This document shows, in pieces, positions 34,776-43,686 of a stretch of DNA of 49,720 nt (positions within the stretch are counted from its first letter, which is position 1; each line of letters opens with the position of its first letter). Location: the IMG/VR virus record IMGVR_UViG_3300044795_000021, positions 1-49,720 of that record; one strand, given 5' to 3'. The stretch is from a virus. Its lineage: Duplodnaviria; Caudoviricetes. Position numbers and translations under genes: made by a program. A model generated the notes under the pieces. That model saw only the letters and a program-made list of their open reading frames with translations. It was not told the DNA's origin and ran no database searches.

Positions 34776-34813
34776 GATGCGAGTCTCCCGCGCCCACGTC
34801 GGGCGCATCTAGT

Positions 34814-34842
34814 CTTATACGCCTGTCAGCGCTCGCAGTCAA
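34814..34842 (-). promoter_or_regulatory. Sigma70-like promoter
   Basis: TTGACT-N17-TATAAG. Confidence 0.55.
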
Positions 34843-35219
34843 CAGGTTTCTTCTGGCTTTGTCTCGGTTCGTCTGCGGCGCCAGGTACGCTGCACCGCAG
34901 CATAGACGAAGTCAGGTGCAGCCGACACGAGCGGTAGCGGGAGACTCCGGCTGCGGCGCCTGCCGTCTGACTGCGCTCCCGTCTGAGGCTGCGCCCGTCT
35001 GAGCGCCGCGCCCGCTTGCCAAACTTCCGGCTGGAGAGCCTTGCCGTCTGAGAGGGCCAGGAGGGGGAAAATCGGCTGAGCGGCGCGCGCGGGGGAATCG
35101 TTTTCGTGATCCTGAAACCGCAGGATAATATGCTCCCATAATGCTTCGCATTTCCGATCCTATAACGCCGGAAATACAGGAGCATGTAATATGACGACAG
35201 TTCCATTACACCGGCCTCG

Positions 35220-35234
35220 TTATAGCAGATATAA
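35220..35234. promoter_or_regulatory. Operator-like palindrome TTATA-N5-TATAA (copy 4)
   Basis: TTATAgcagaTATAA in the divergent intergenic region; further half-sites near 35137 and 35161. Confidence 0.65.
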
Positions 35235-35304
35235 CGCGCCCACACTCCCGAACTCGGGAAGCCGGGCTCCCGAATGCCGGAAGCCGGATTGCCTAATAGA
35301 CCAG

Positions 35305-35333
35305 TTGACGCGTCGCCGGTCGCGCGGTACAAT
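35305..35333 (+). promoter_or_regulatory. Sigma70-like promoter for the packaging/virion operon
   Basis: TTGACG-N17-TACAAT. Confidence 0.75.
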
Positions 35334-35396
35334 CAAACCGGACTGGCGGCCAACTTCCGCCGGCGACCAGCTCCCACTCGACTGAGGAGGATTCCA

Positions 35397-35591
35397 ATGG
35401 CAAACGAAGGCGACAGGCTGAAGTTCCTAGAGCAGGCTGTAGCGAAGGCCACCTACGGAGGGACAGCAGAAGAAGCGATGAAGCAGTGGGAGGAGGCGAT
35501 GAAGAAATGGGAGGAGGAACAGAAGCCCCCGGACGCCGGCGCTAAGGGTCCACAGAATCCTGAGCAGCACAAGGGCAAGAAGGAGAAGTAA
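35397..35591 (+). CDS. Small hypothetical protein
   Basis: GAGGAGG RBS; MANEGDRLKFLEQ. Confidence 0.65.
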   Translation: MANEGDRLKFLEQAVAKATYGGTAEEAMKQWEEAMKKWEEEQKPPDAGAKGPQNPEQHKGKKEK

Positions 35592-35786
35592 GTGATTAAG
35601 CGGGCACATGAAGAAGAGGATCAGGAGAACTTCGAACAGGAGCAGGCCGCGATGGTAGAGGACTGGAAGGAGCTGGTGAAGGCACAGCAGGGAACCATCG
35701 ACACGCTCCAGCAGCTGGTGGAGAAGCTAGTTGGGCTTGTCCAAGACCTGGCCGCGCACGCCAGTGAGGAGAAGTCAGCGGAGTGA
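35592..35786 (+). CDS. Small coiled-coil protein
   Basis: AAGGAG RBS plus GTG; heptad pattern. Confidence 0.6.
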   Translation: MIKRAHEEEDQENFEQEQAAMVEDWKELVKAQQGTIDTLQQLVEKLVGLVQDLAAHASEEKSAE

Positions 35787-36550
35787 ATCCGCTTCTCCAG
35801 AGCCTCCTGAACGCCTCGCCGGCGACCTCTCTCCCAGGCGATAGCCCCATCGCTGCGCCGGCGAAGCCTCCCATTCAGAAGCTCCGCTACTCCCATCAGG
35901 CCATGATCGACCTGATCATCTCCGACCCCACCATCTCCCAGAACGATATCGCCGATCACTTCGGCATGAGCGCCTCATGGATCTCCACGATCATGTGCAG
36001 CGATCTTTTCCAGTCTCGGCTTGCTGAGTGCCGGGAGAAGCTGATCGACCCGCAGATCCGGGCCTCCCTCAAGGTCCAGTTCGAGGGCATGCTAGCGCGT
36101 AGCATGGAGGTGCTTCGGGAGAAGATGAAGGCTCGTCCCGATCTGATCCCGGACCAGCTGGCTGTGCAGGTGATGAAGGTTACTTCACAGAGTCTCGGTT
36201 ATGGAGTGAGGGAAGCCCGCGTCTCAGTCCAAGAGACCCATGTCCATCTGGAAGAACTCGGCAACAATCTCGTCAGCCTGCTCCGCAGGCGGAAATCGGA
36301 GATCTACGATCATGAAGCCTCCAGCGACCAAGATCAGCACCAAGGGCATCCACAACAGCTCCAAAGCGGGACCGCCCCGCGAGCTGGCCCACCGCAGCAA
36401 GCACGCCCCTTGGGCCTGCCTCCAGCCCACCAGCGGCTACAAGCCGGGGACGCTCGGGAAGGTGGGCTGGTGCATCCGGTTCACCGGGGAGCCGAACCAG
36501 CGCCCTCCGACCGATTCGTCGGCGATCCGCCAGCACCAGAAGTTCGCTAG
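35783..36550 (+). CDS. HTH protein, putative terminase small subunit
   Basis: ISQNDIADHFGMSASWISTIM HTH; located upstream of the large terminase. Confidence 0.6.
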   Translation: MNPLLQSLLNASPATSLPGDSPIAAPAKPPIQKLRYSHQAMIDLIISDPTISQNDIADHFGMSASWISTIMCSDLFQSRLAECREKLIDPQIRASLKVQFEGMLARSMEVLREKMKARPDLIPDQLAVQVMKVTSQSLGYGVREARVSVQETHVHLEELGNNLVSLLRRRKSEIYDHEASSDQDQHQGHPQQLQSGTAPRAGPPQQARPLGLPPAHQRLQAGDAREGGLVHPVHRGAEPAPSDRFVGDPPAPEVR

Positions 36551-36566
36551 GGGGGAGAAGGGATGA
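36312..36566 (+). CDS. Small basic hypothetical protein (overlaps the 3' end of the previous ORF)
   Basis: MKPPATKISTKGIHNS...IRQHQKFARG; ATGA coupling to the next gene. Confidence 0.45.
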   Translation: MKPPATKISTKGIHNSSKAGPPRELAHRSKHAPWACLQPTSGYKPGTLGKVGWCIRFTGEPNQRPPTDSSAIRQHQKFARGEKG

Positions 36567-37156
36567 GGTCTCCAATCTACAGCTATCCGCTGTCTGCCGC
36601 CGGCGAGGCGCAGTGGGATGCACAGGGCTCCCTCATCCTGCCGCTCGACTACATCCAGCTCGCCTTCGGCGTCACCTGCGGCGGGCTGCTGTCATCCGAT
36701 GCCGCCGGCATCACCTACAGCTTTCTGTTCACACTGGACGACATGGGGCCAGACAACCGCTATATAGCTACCGTGGCGCAGACCGGCACCACAGTCACAG
36801 TCACGGATACAAATCTGCAGAGGATCGGAGGAGTGGCCGCCGGCGACATAGCTCGCGCCTTTTGGGCCAATGGCCTTCCGAGTGTCTGGGGAGTTGTGGC
36901 GACCACTCCCACCCCCACCAGCTACACCATGACAACAGCCGTGGCTGCACCGACGCCCATATCTGCCAGGGGTGGTTATCACGGATACTGGCGGCTATTC
37001 GCCGCCCCTGCCAGCCTCACCGGCCTCTCAGCTAGAGGCAGCGGATCTCTCGCACATTCGACGACAGGTCCTGCCACCGGCCTGGTGCTGAGGGCGTCCG
37101 CGGTGGGAGGCGGCTCTGTCACTGGAGTCGTTGTACAGGGAGCGGGGCCAGGATAA
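36563..37156 (+). CDS. Putative virion structural protein
   Basis: 197 aa, Thr/Ala/Gly beta-rich. Confidence 0.6.
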   Translation: MRSPIYSYPLSAAGEAQWDAQGSLILPLDYIQLAFGVTCGGLLSSDAAGITYSFLFTLDDMGPDNRYIATVAQTGTTVTVTDTNLQRIGGVAAGDIARAFWANGLPSVWGVVATTPTPTSYTMTTAVAAPTPISARGGYHGYWRLFAAPASLTGLSARGSGSLAHSTTGPATGLVLRASAVGGGSVTGVVVQGAGPG

Positions 37157-37302
37157 TGCCTAAAGCATTCACGGACTGTGTGAAAGGGGGCGGGCGGGTG
37201 AGGACTAAGAAGCTCTCCGGCGGCCGCTATATCCACTTCTGCTTCAAAGGTGGCAAGTCGCACGCCGGCGAGGTCAAGTCGAAGAAGCGAGGGAAGAAGT
37301 GA
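37156..37302 (+). CDS. Small basic protein (48 aa)
   Basis: MPKAFTDCVKGGGRVRTKKLSGGRYIHFCFKGGKSHAGEVKSKKRGKK; TAATG and GTGA coupling. Confidence 0.65.
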   Translation: MPKAFTDCVKGGGRVRTKKLSGGRYIHFCFKGGKSHAGEVKSKKRGKK

Positions 37303-38075
37303 GAGCGATCGTCCCTCCGAAGCACCAGAACGAAACCGTACGGCTCCCGCCGCTCGGATTCAGCTTCCGGGAGTTCCTCGCCGCCAACGAGACCCTCGTC
37401 CCGGATTCTGCCAGCGTCCGTGCCAACGTCTGGAGTGGCACCGACATATCTCCGGATTCCCTTATCCAGGGCAGCGCCACCGTCACCGGAGACATTGTCA
37501 CCCAGCTGGTAACGGGAGGGGTGTCTGGCACCATCTACAATCTCACCTGCACTGTCTCGACGAGCTTGGCGCAAGTTCTGAGCCTGTCCTGCTTTCTGGC
37601 GGTGATACCGGACGAGGAGAGCCAAGTGGATTCGATAGTAATCTACAGTTCGAATGTCGTCGGCACTCGGACGAATGATAACGCTCCGCCGGGCTTCATC
37701 GGGGAGTACATGCAGACCCAGGCTAGCTGGGCGCCAGCTACCAACGTGGTTACTGCAGTGACCTCGCTCCAGCTGTCGCCCGGCGACTGGGATGTGGAGG
37801 GGATCGGCATGTTCTTGCCGGCAGCCATCACCGGAGTGGGCTATGCGGCCGCTGGCGTCTCCGGCAATCCGACCGAGTTCGGCGCAGACGGCAGCTGGAG
37901 TGCGCTCTCCTGGGCTGACCAGACGGTGATCGGCCCAGTGACAGTTTCCGTTCCTACTCCAGTGGTGCGCTTCAGCCTCGCCAACTCCACGAAAATATAT
38001 CTGGTCACCGAGGTGTTCTTCGGCATCAGCACCTTGCAGGTCAGCGGCGTCATTCGAGCGAGGCGGATGCGGTGA
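37299..38075 (+). CDS. Putative virion fibre/adaptor protein
   Basis: GTRTNDNAPPGFIGEY...LSPGDWDV...IRARRMR tail-fibre-like C-terminal domain. Confidence 0.6.
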   Translation: MRAIVPPKHQNETVRLPPLGFSFREFLAANETLVPDSASVRANVWSGTDISPDSLIQGSATVTGDIVTQLVTGGVSGTIYNLTCTVSTSLAQVLSLSCFLAVIPDEESQVDSIVIYSSNVVGTRTNDNAPPGFIGEYMQTQASWAPATNVVTAVTSLQLSPGDWDVEGIGMFLPAAITGVGYAAAGVSGNPTEFGADGSWSALSWADQTVIGPVTVSVPTPVVRFSLANSTKIYLVTEVFFGISTLQVSGVIRARRMR

Positions 38076-39532
38076 CGCCGGCCAGCCTCACCGCCGAGAT
38101 GATCGAAGCCTTTGCAGGAGTCTACCTGAGTCCCCGCTATGACCAACCCCAACCCACCCCCGACTTCCACCGGGAAGCCTGGGAATATTATTGTACTGAT
38201 CGGCCGGCTTGTGCCCTCGCAGCCCCCCGAAACCATGCCAAAACCACCGCTCTCACCGACGACTACATCCTCGCCAATGCCTGCTTCCGGGTGGAGGAGT
38301 ATATCATCGTTATGGGTGCGAGCGAAGAGATGGCTGTCGAGCGCCTGGGCGATATTACGATGGAGCTGAAAGAGAATGACTACCTCCGCGAGGCCTTCAA
38401 GATCAAAGCGTTTCTTCAGGAACAAAAGACCGATATCATCGTCGAGTGCACAGACGGATATCAGTTCAGAATCCTCGCTCGAGGAGCTGAGCAAAAGATA
38501 CGGGGTAGGAAGTGGAGGGGAAAGAGACCGGGACTTATTGTCTGCGATGATCTCGAGGATGATGAGCAAGTGGAGTCGCGGGATCGCCGGCGAAAGTTCT
38601 CCCACTGGTTCTTCCGGGCTGCCCGTCAAGCACTTAGAGACGGAGGACGCATTAGAGTCCACGGCACTATCCTCCACGAGGACAGCCTCTTGGCTAATCT
38701 TATCAAGCAGTGGCGAGGAAAGCTCTACAAGGCCCACCGCAGCTTCGATGAGTTCACCAACATCCTCTGGATCGAGAAGTTCCCCGAGACGAGGCTCCGG
38801 GAGATCCGGCAGGAGTTCATTGAGCGCGGAGACGCCCCCGGATACTCCGGGGAGTACCTGAATGACCCTTTCGACTCCGACGAATGCTTCATCCGGCGGG
38901 AGGACCTCCTGCCGATGACAGCGGAGGACCACGGGAAGCTGAAGAAGTACTGCGTTGCGGCAGACTTCGCGGTCTCAAAGGCAGACAGCGCAAATCGCTC
39001 TGCTCTCTCCGTCGGCGGCAAAGACATGGACAATTTCCTCCACAAGGTTGATAACCGGGTGGGGAGATGGGATATTCTGGAGCTGATCGAGGAGATGTTC
39101 TCTGTTCAGATCAGGTGGAAGCCAGAGATCTTCTGGGTCGAAGACGGAGCGATCTGGAAGGCCATCTGGCCTATCATCCGGCCGGAGATGAGGAAGCGAG
39201 ATGTCTGGATCAACTTCAAACCGATACCTTCGACTAAGGATAAGGCGACCCGAGGGAGGTCGTTCCAGAAGCGAACCCGTGCCGGCGGCTTCAAGGTCGA
39301 TAAAGAGGCCAGCTGGTATCCGGCCTGGGAGAACGAGATCCTCCGATTCACCGGCATCACCGAAGCCACTCTCGACGACCAGTTCGACGCCGAGTCGCTC
39401 CTCTGCCGGGGGTTCGAAGACTTCTACGACATCGAACTGGACGACCTACTATCAGATGAGATTCTGGAGTGGAGAGAGCTGGCCGAGCAGGCTCGCGGTC
39501 CAAGGGGCCGTAACCAATACACGGGATACTGA
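38072..39532 (+). CDS. terL: Terminase large subunit
   Basis: APRNHAKTT Walker A; IRGRK..RPGLIVCDDLE Walker B; AADFA and DDQFDA nuclease motifs. Confidence 0.93.
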   Translation: MTPASLTAEMIEAFAGVYLSPRYDQPQPTPDFHREAWEYYCTDRPACALAAPRNHAKTTALTDDYILANACFRVEEYIIVMGASEEMAVERLGDITMELKENDYLREAFKIKAFLQEQKTDIIVECTDGYQFRILARGAEQKIRGRKWRGKRPGLIVCDDLEDDEQVESRDRRRKFSHWFFRAARQALRDGGRIRVHGTILHEDSLLANLIKQWRGKLYKAHRSFDEFTNILWIEKFPETRLREIRQEFIERGDAPGYSGEYLNDPFDSDECFIRREDLLPMTAEDHGKLKKYCVAADFAVSKADSANRSALSVGGKDMDNFLHKVDNRVGRWDILELIEEMFSVQIRWKPEIFWVEDGAIWKAIWPIIRPEMRKRDVWINFKPIPSTKDKATRGRSFQKRTRAGGFKVDKEASWYPAWENEILRFTGITEATLDDQFDAESLLCRGFEDFYDIELDDLLSDEILEWRELAEQARGPRGRNQYTGY

Positions 39533-41685
39533 TGGCTGAGGAACTGGAAGCCCGACTGCGGTTCAATCAGGATCTGATTGACGCGCCGAACATCTGCGAG
39601 CGGCTCTCGACGGAGGACCTGCAGAAGATCAGCGCGTGGACCTGGGACGGCTTCATTCGGGATAAGGCGAGCCGCCGGCAATGGGAGCAACGGAACAGCG
39701 CGGCGATGGACCTGGCGATGCAAATACAGGCGGCTAAGAACTTTCCTTGGCCAAACTGCAGCAACATCATTTTCCCCTTGGTCTCGATCGCCGCGCTTCA
39801 GTTCTCGACCCGTAGCTACTCGAATCTGATCCGGGGGACGGAGATCTTCAAATACCGCACGGTCGGCATCCAGGACCCGAGAGTGGTGGAGCAGGCGCGG
39901 CTGATCTCCAAGCACATGAGCTGGCAGTGTCTGGAGGAGGATTCGGCGTGGGAGGAGCAGCACGATCGGCTCTTCATCAACCTCGCCATCGTCGGAACGG
40001 CTTTCATCAAGACTCGGTTCTCGCCGGCGGACCTGCACAACACCAGCACTCTGGTCCCTGCCAGCGACCTCGTGATGGACTACTACGCGCGGAGCGTAGA
40101 GGCGTGCGCCCGGAAGACCGAAGTCATCAAGATGTACCGGAATGAGATCTATGAGAGATGCCGGCGGGGCGTCTTCCGGGATGTGACGGAGGAGAGCTGG
40201 TTTGCTGAGAATGCCCGCGTCGGCATTGTGGAGGCTCTGGATCGTGACGACCGGGACCGAAGAACAGGTCTTGCTGCGCCTCAAGGCGACAGGGACACTC
40301 CCTTTACGGTCTTGGAGCAACACCGTTGGCTGGATCTCGATGGAGATGGTTACGCCGAACCCTATGTTGTTCTACAGGAGTCAGCCTCCCGATCTATCCT
40401 GCGTATTGTCGCAAGGGTTGATCGGATGGAGGACGTTGAGACGACAGAGAGAGGTGAGATAGTCTGCATTCGCCCCACCGAGTCCTATACCAAGTACGGC
40501 TTCATACCCGCGCCTGATGGGGGCGTCTATGATATGGGATTCGGTGTTCTGCTAGGACCGCTGAATGAAACTGTGGACACTGCGATCAATCAGATCTTCG
40601 ATGCCGGCACCAGCAACATGCTCGGCGGCGGCTTCGCTGCGTCCGGCGCGAAGATGAAGGCCGGCGTCTACACTCGCACGCCTGGCGAGTACAAGATCAT
40701 CAAGGGAGCAGCTGATGATATCCGCAAGTCGCTGGTTAGCTGGCCGGAGATACCGATCTCTAATGTCCTGTTCCAAGTCCTCAGTCTGGTTATACAATAC
40801 GCGGACCGGCTGGCTGGTGCTACCGAGACGGTGGTTGGAGAGAATCCTGGTCAGAACACGCCGGCGTCCACCTACCAAGGGATGGTAGAGCAAGGCACCC
40901 AGATCTACCGGAGCATCTTCAAGCGCATCTGGCGCTCGATGAAGGAAGAGGGCAAGAAGCTGCACATGCTGAACGCCCGCTTCTTGGCGGACAGCCAGCA
41001 GTTCGGAGAGGGCAATGAACGTATTACTCGTGAGTCATACAAGACAAACCCCAACATGCTGGTCCCCACGGCTGACCCGAACATGGTATCCGATCAGATG
41101 CGGTTACAGCGTGCCTCGCTGGTACGGCAGGGTGCTCACGCAGTTCCGGGTTACAATGTTGAGGAGGTGGAGAAGGAGTGGCTCCAAACACTGGGAGTTG
41201 ACAACATCAAGGCAGTGTATCCTGGGGCATACTCGCAATTCGCCCAACAGCATCCCCTTCCCAACCCGAAGGTGCAGGTCGAGCAGCTGAAGATGCAGGC
41301 GCACCAGATGAAGTTCCAGTTCGAGAAGTGGAAGACGGTCACGGAGCTACAGGCGGGGATGGAGAAGATGCGGGCGGAGGTGGACTTCATCCGGGCGCAG
41401 GCGGCGAAGCTCGTCGCTGACGTTGGAGCGGAACGGGCGGCGCAGCAGCTCGAGGCCTTCGATAAGGTGATGGAGCATCTAGAGAAGATGGGCGATGTTA
41501 TGAACGGGCGGATAGAGGCGATGATGAAGGGCGCTGGCGGAGCGGAAGGAGAAAGAGGTGAAGGTGACGAAGGAAGAGCTGGAGGAGCTGAAGCAGTCCC
41601 CGGCAGGCAGGGCGCTATGGCGGTACCTGCGGGCGCGGGTAACGGGGCTGCAGGACCAATGGGCGGAGGGCCGGTTCAACAGTGA
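39532..41685 (+). CDS. Portal protein
   Basis: 717 aa after terL; KNFPWPNCSNI.FPL, WLDLDGDGYAEPY, YDMGFG.LLGPLN; C-terminal coiled coil. Confidence 0.88.
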   Translation: MAEELEARLRFNQDLIDAPNICERLSTEDLQKISAWTWDGFIRDKASRRQWEQRNSAAMDLAMQIQAAKNFPWPNCSNIIFPLVSIAALQFSTRSYSNLIRGTEIFKYRTVGIQDPRVVEQARLISKHMSWQCLEEDSAWEEQHDRLFINLAIVGTAFIKTRFSPADLHNTSTLVPASDLVMDYYARSVEACARKTEVIKMYRNEIYERCRRGVFRDVTEESWFAENARVGIVEALDRDDRDRRTGLAAPQGDRDTPFTVLEQHRWLDLDGDGYAEPYVVLQESASRSILRIVARVDRMEDVETTERGEIVCIRPTESYTKYGFIPAPDGGVYDMGFGVLLGPLNETVDTAINQIFDAGTSNMLGGGFAASGAKMKAGVYTRTPGEYKIIKGAADDIRKSLVSWPEIPISNVLFQVLSLVIQYADRLAGATETVVGENPGQNTPASTYQGMVEQGTQIYRSIFKRIWRSMKEEGKKLHMLNARFLADSQQFGEGNERITRESYKTNPNMLVPTADPNMVSDQMRLQRASLVRQGAHAVPGYNVEEVEKEWLQTLGVDNIKAVYPGAYSQFAQQHPLPNPKVQVEQLKMQAHQMKFQFEKWKTVTELQAGMEKMRAEVDFIRAQAAKLVADVGAERAAQQLEAFDKVMEHLEKMGDVMNGRIEAMMKGAGGAEGERGEGDEGRAGGAEAVPGRQGAMAVPAGAGNGAAGPMGGGPVQQ

Positions 41686-41845
41686 GAACCCCCAGGTGTG
41701 TACGACGGCTAACATATCGGCTGTTACGCAGCTTCGCGCGTTCTTGGAGATTATCGAGATAGATGTGGAGGAGCTGAATGGAGAAGATAGAGAATCGCTC
41801 GGGATTCAGGCCCGTAGGGAAGGCGGTGCTGCTGAGAGCGTTTGA
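41558..41845 (+). CDS. Small hypothetical protein
   Basis: GTG start after a purine-rich RBS; typical post-portal small helical protein. Confidence 0.55.
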   Translation: MKVTKEELEELKQSPAGRALWRYLRARVTGLQDQWAEGRFNSENPQVCTTANISAVTQLRAFLEIIEIDVEELNGEDRESLGIQARREGGAAESV

Positions 41846-42107
41846 GCTGGCGGAGCGCCGGATGGTGGTCCACCTCCCGGACGAGGTGGAGATGAGCAGC
41901 GCGACCTGCGACACGCAGGGGATTGTGGTGGAGATAGGACCGGATTGCTGGAACGGCCCAAGCGAGACGCCTCGGGCGAAGGTGGGGGATAAGGTGCTGA
42001 TAACCCGCTTCAGCGGCGGAATGCTTAGGGGCAACGATGGATATATCTATCGGATGATCCCTGACCATGCGATATACGCGGTGAAAGAGGAAGACGGTCA
42101 TGGCTGA
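41778..42107 (+). CDS. groES: GroES/Cpn10-like co-chaperonin
   Basis: FRPVGKAVLL...GIVVEIGP...KVGDKVLITRFSG...DG..YRMI....IYAV. Confidence 0.82.
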   Translation: MEKIENRSGFRPVGKAVLLRAFELAERRMVVHLPDEVEMSSATCDTQGIVVEIGPDCWNGPSETPRAKVGDKVLITRFSGGMLRGNDGYIYRMIPDHAIYAVKEEDGHG

Positions 42108-42990
42108 TGAGAACACAGAGGCGCCGGCGGATGGCGCGGAGGTCGAGCAGCAGGCTCGGCAGATGGGGTGGATGCCGAAGGAGGATTGGAAAGGGAATCC
42201 AAACTCTTGGGTGGACGCGGGAGAGTTCGTCAAGCGCGGGGAGACCTTCATCCCCTTCCTGCAGCACGACCGGAAGAAGCTGAAGAGCGAGCTGGAGGCG
42301 GAGAGGCAGAGCCGGCTGGCGGTAGAGCAGCAGCTGAAGGAGGTCCGGGAGTCGGTGGAGGGTCTGAAGTCCTTCAACGAGGAGATGGCGCAGGAGCGGC
42401 AGGCCCGCCGGAAGGTAGAGCTGGCGCAGGAGCTGAAGCAAGCGAGGGAGGATGGGAATGAGGTCCGAGCAGCAGAGCTGACAGCAGAGCTGGGAGAGAT
42501 TGTGAAGAAGCCAAACGGGGCTGCTCCGGCGCCCGCTCCCGCTCCGAAGCAGCCGGATCAGCCCGTGATCCAGCCTTGGGTGAAGCAGTTCATAGATGGG
42601 AACTCGGAGTTCTTCCAGAGTGGGAGGAAGGTCGCGCTCTTCAATGCGGTGATGCTGGAGCGTCGGCAGGCCGGCGACATGAGGGTCGGACCGGAGGACG
42701 GGACGGCGCTCCTTAACGAGGTCAGGGAAGAAGTAGACAGGGCGCTGGGCGGGAATCCACGTCGGCAGGCAGCGGCTCGTACGGAGGAGAGCCGGCCCGC
42801 CGGCGGTCGCTCTCGCGCCTCCGGACAGGGCTACGCAGATCTGCCGCCCGAGGCTCAGGAGAAGTGCAATCAGCAAGAGGAGAGGTTCGTAGGTAAAGGA
42901 AAGGCCTTCAAGGACCAAGCGGCGTGGCGCAAGCACTACGCGAAGGAGTACTTCGGTCCCTCCGCGGTGACGCGGATGGCAGGAGAGTGA
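42100..42990 (+). CDS. Capsid scaffolding protein
   Basis: ARQMGWMPKEDW..WVDA.EFV, long coiled coil; located between portal and capsid genes. Confidence 0.75.
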   Translation: MADENTEAPADGAEVEQQARQMGWMPKEDWKGNPNSWVDAGEFVKRGETFIPFLQHDRKKLKSELEAERQSRLAVEQQLKEVRESVEGLKSFNEEMAQERQARRKVELAQELKQAREDGNEVRAAELTAELGEIVKKPNGAAPAPAPAPKQPDQPVIQPWVKQFIDGNSEFFQSGRKVALFNAVMLERRQAGDMRVGPEDGTALLNEVREEVDRALGGNPRRQAAARTEESRPAGGRSRASGQGYADLPPEAQEKCNQQEERFVGKGKAFKDQAAWRKHYAKEYFGPSAVTRMAGE

Positions 42991-42991
42991 A

Positions 42992-43654
42992 ATGGAGCAG
43001 AGAACCAAGGATCTTCCGCAGCCCCCTCCCGTGCCGCCGGGCCTAGTGACGGCGGCGACCCTCTCCGGCGCTCCGACTCCGGCTGAGGGGGTGCGGGCGA
43101 TGGCGCAGGTAGCGCAGATGGAGAAAGCTGCGAACACGGCGACTGAGCAGAACAATCCCGCGGAGGCGGCGGCGGCTGAAAAGATGCTCCGGGAGCGCGG
43201 ACCTCGGCTGTCGTTGAACGCCCCTTCCCGACGGCTCGAGGCGCCACCGCTTCCCGGCTACCACCTGCATTGGTTCTTGGAGAGAAACATTCCGAAAGCT
43301 CTCGCCGGCTGGTATGAGTTCGTCACTCCGCAGGAGATGCCAACTGTCGATGCCTCCATCGGGGGGCGGACGGAGGGCAGCACGAGCGACGATCTGGGTG
43401 GAGCGAGGATCGCTGCGATCGCCGGCACGGATGAGCAGGGAAAGCCAGAACAGCTGGTCCTCATGAAGATCCGGCAGGAGTGGTTCTTCCGGGAGCAGCG
43501 GAAGATTGCAGAACGCAATCTGGCAATCATCCAGCAGGTGTTCCACAAGAGAGCGCCGGTGATGGCGCCAGAAGAATCTAGGTCAGACTACGGTATGAGG
43601 TATACGAGAGAGGCAGTCATTGATATGTCCAATGGCAGGTTCAGGAAAGAATAG
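42992..43654 (+). CDS. Head-module hypothetical protein
   Basis: PGYHLHWF...ALAGWYEFV...LVLMKI..EWF pattern. Confidence 0.65.
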   Translation: MEQRTKDLPQPPPVPPGLVTAATLSGAPTPAEGVRAMAQVAQMEKAANTATEQNNPAEAAAAEKMLRERGPRLSLNAPSRRLEAPPLPGYHLHWFLERNIPKALAGWYEFVTPQEMPTVDASIGGRTEGSTSDDLGGARIAAIAGTDEQGKPEQLVLMKIRQEWFFREQRKIAERNLAIIQQVFHKRAPVMAPEESRSDYGMRYTREAVIDMSNGRFRKE

Positions 43655-43686
43655 GTCGTAACCTTAACTAACCGTGGAGCTTTAAC

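Noticed and set aside
34638-35051. Neisseria DNA uptake sequence (GCCGTCTGAA)
   Set aside because: Matches are only 9/10 (GCCGTCTGAG/C) and local rather than genome-wide. They are better explained by the CTGAG array.
33660-35080. CRISPR array or mini-array
   Set aside because: Repeats are 5-15 bp, irregularly spaced and in both orientations; there is no repeat-spacer periodicity.
34826-35332. 168-aa minus-strand ORF in the divergent region
   Set aside because: It overlaps promoters, the operator and repeats, and has an Arg/Ser-rich non-protein-like composition. Likely non-coding control DNA.
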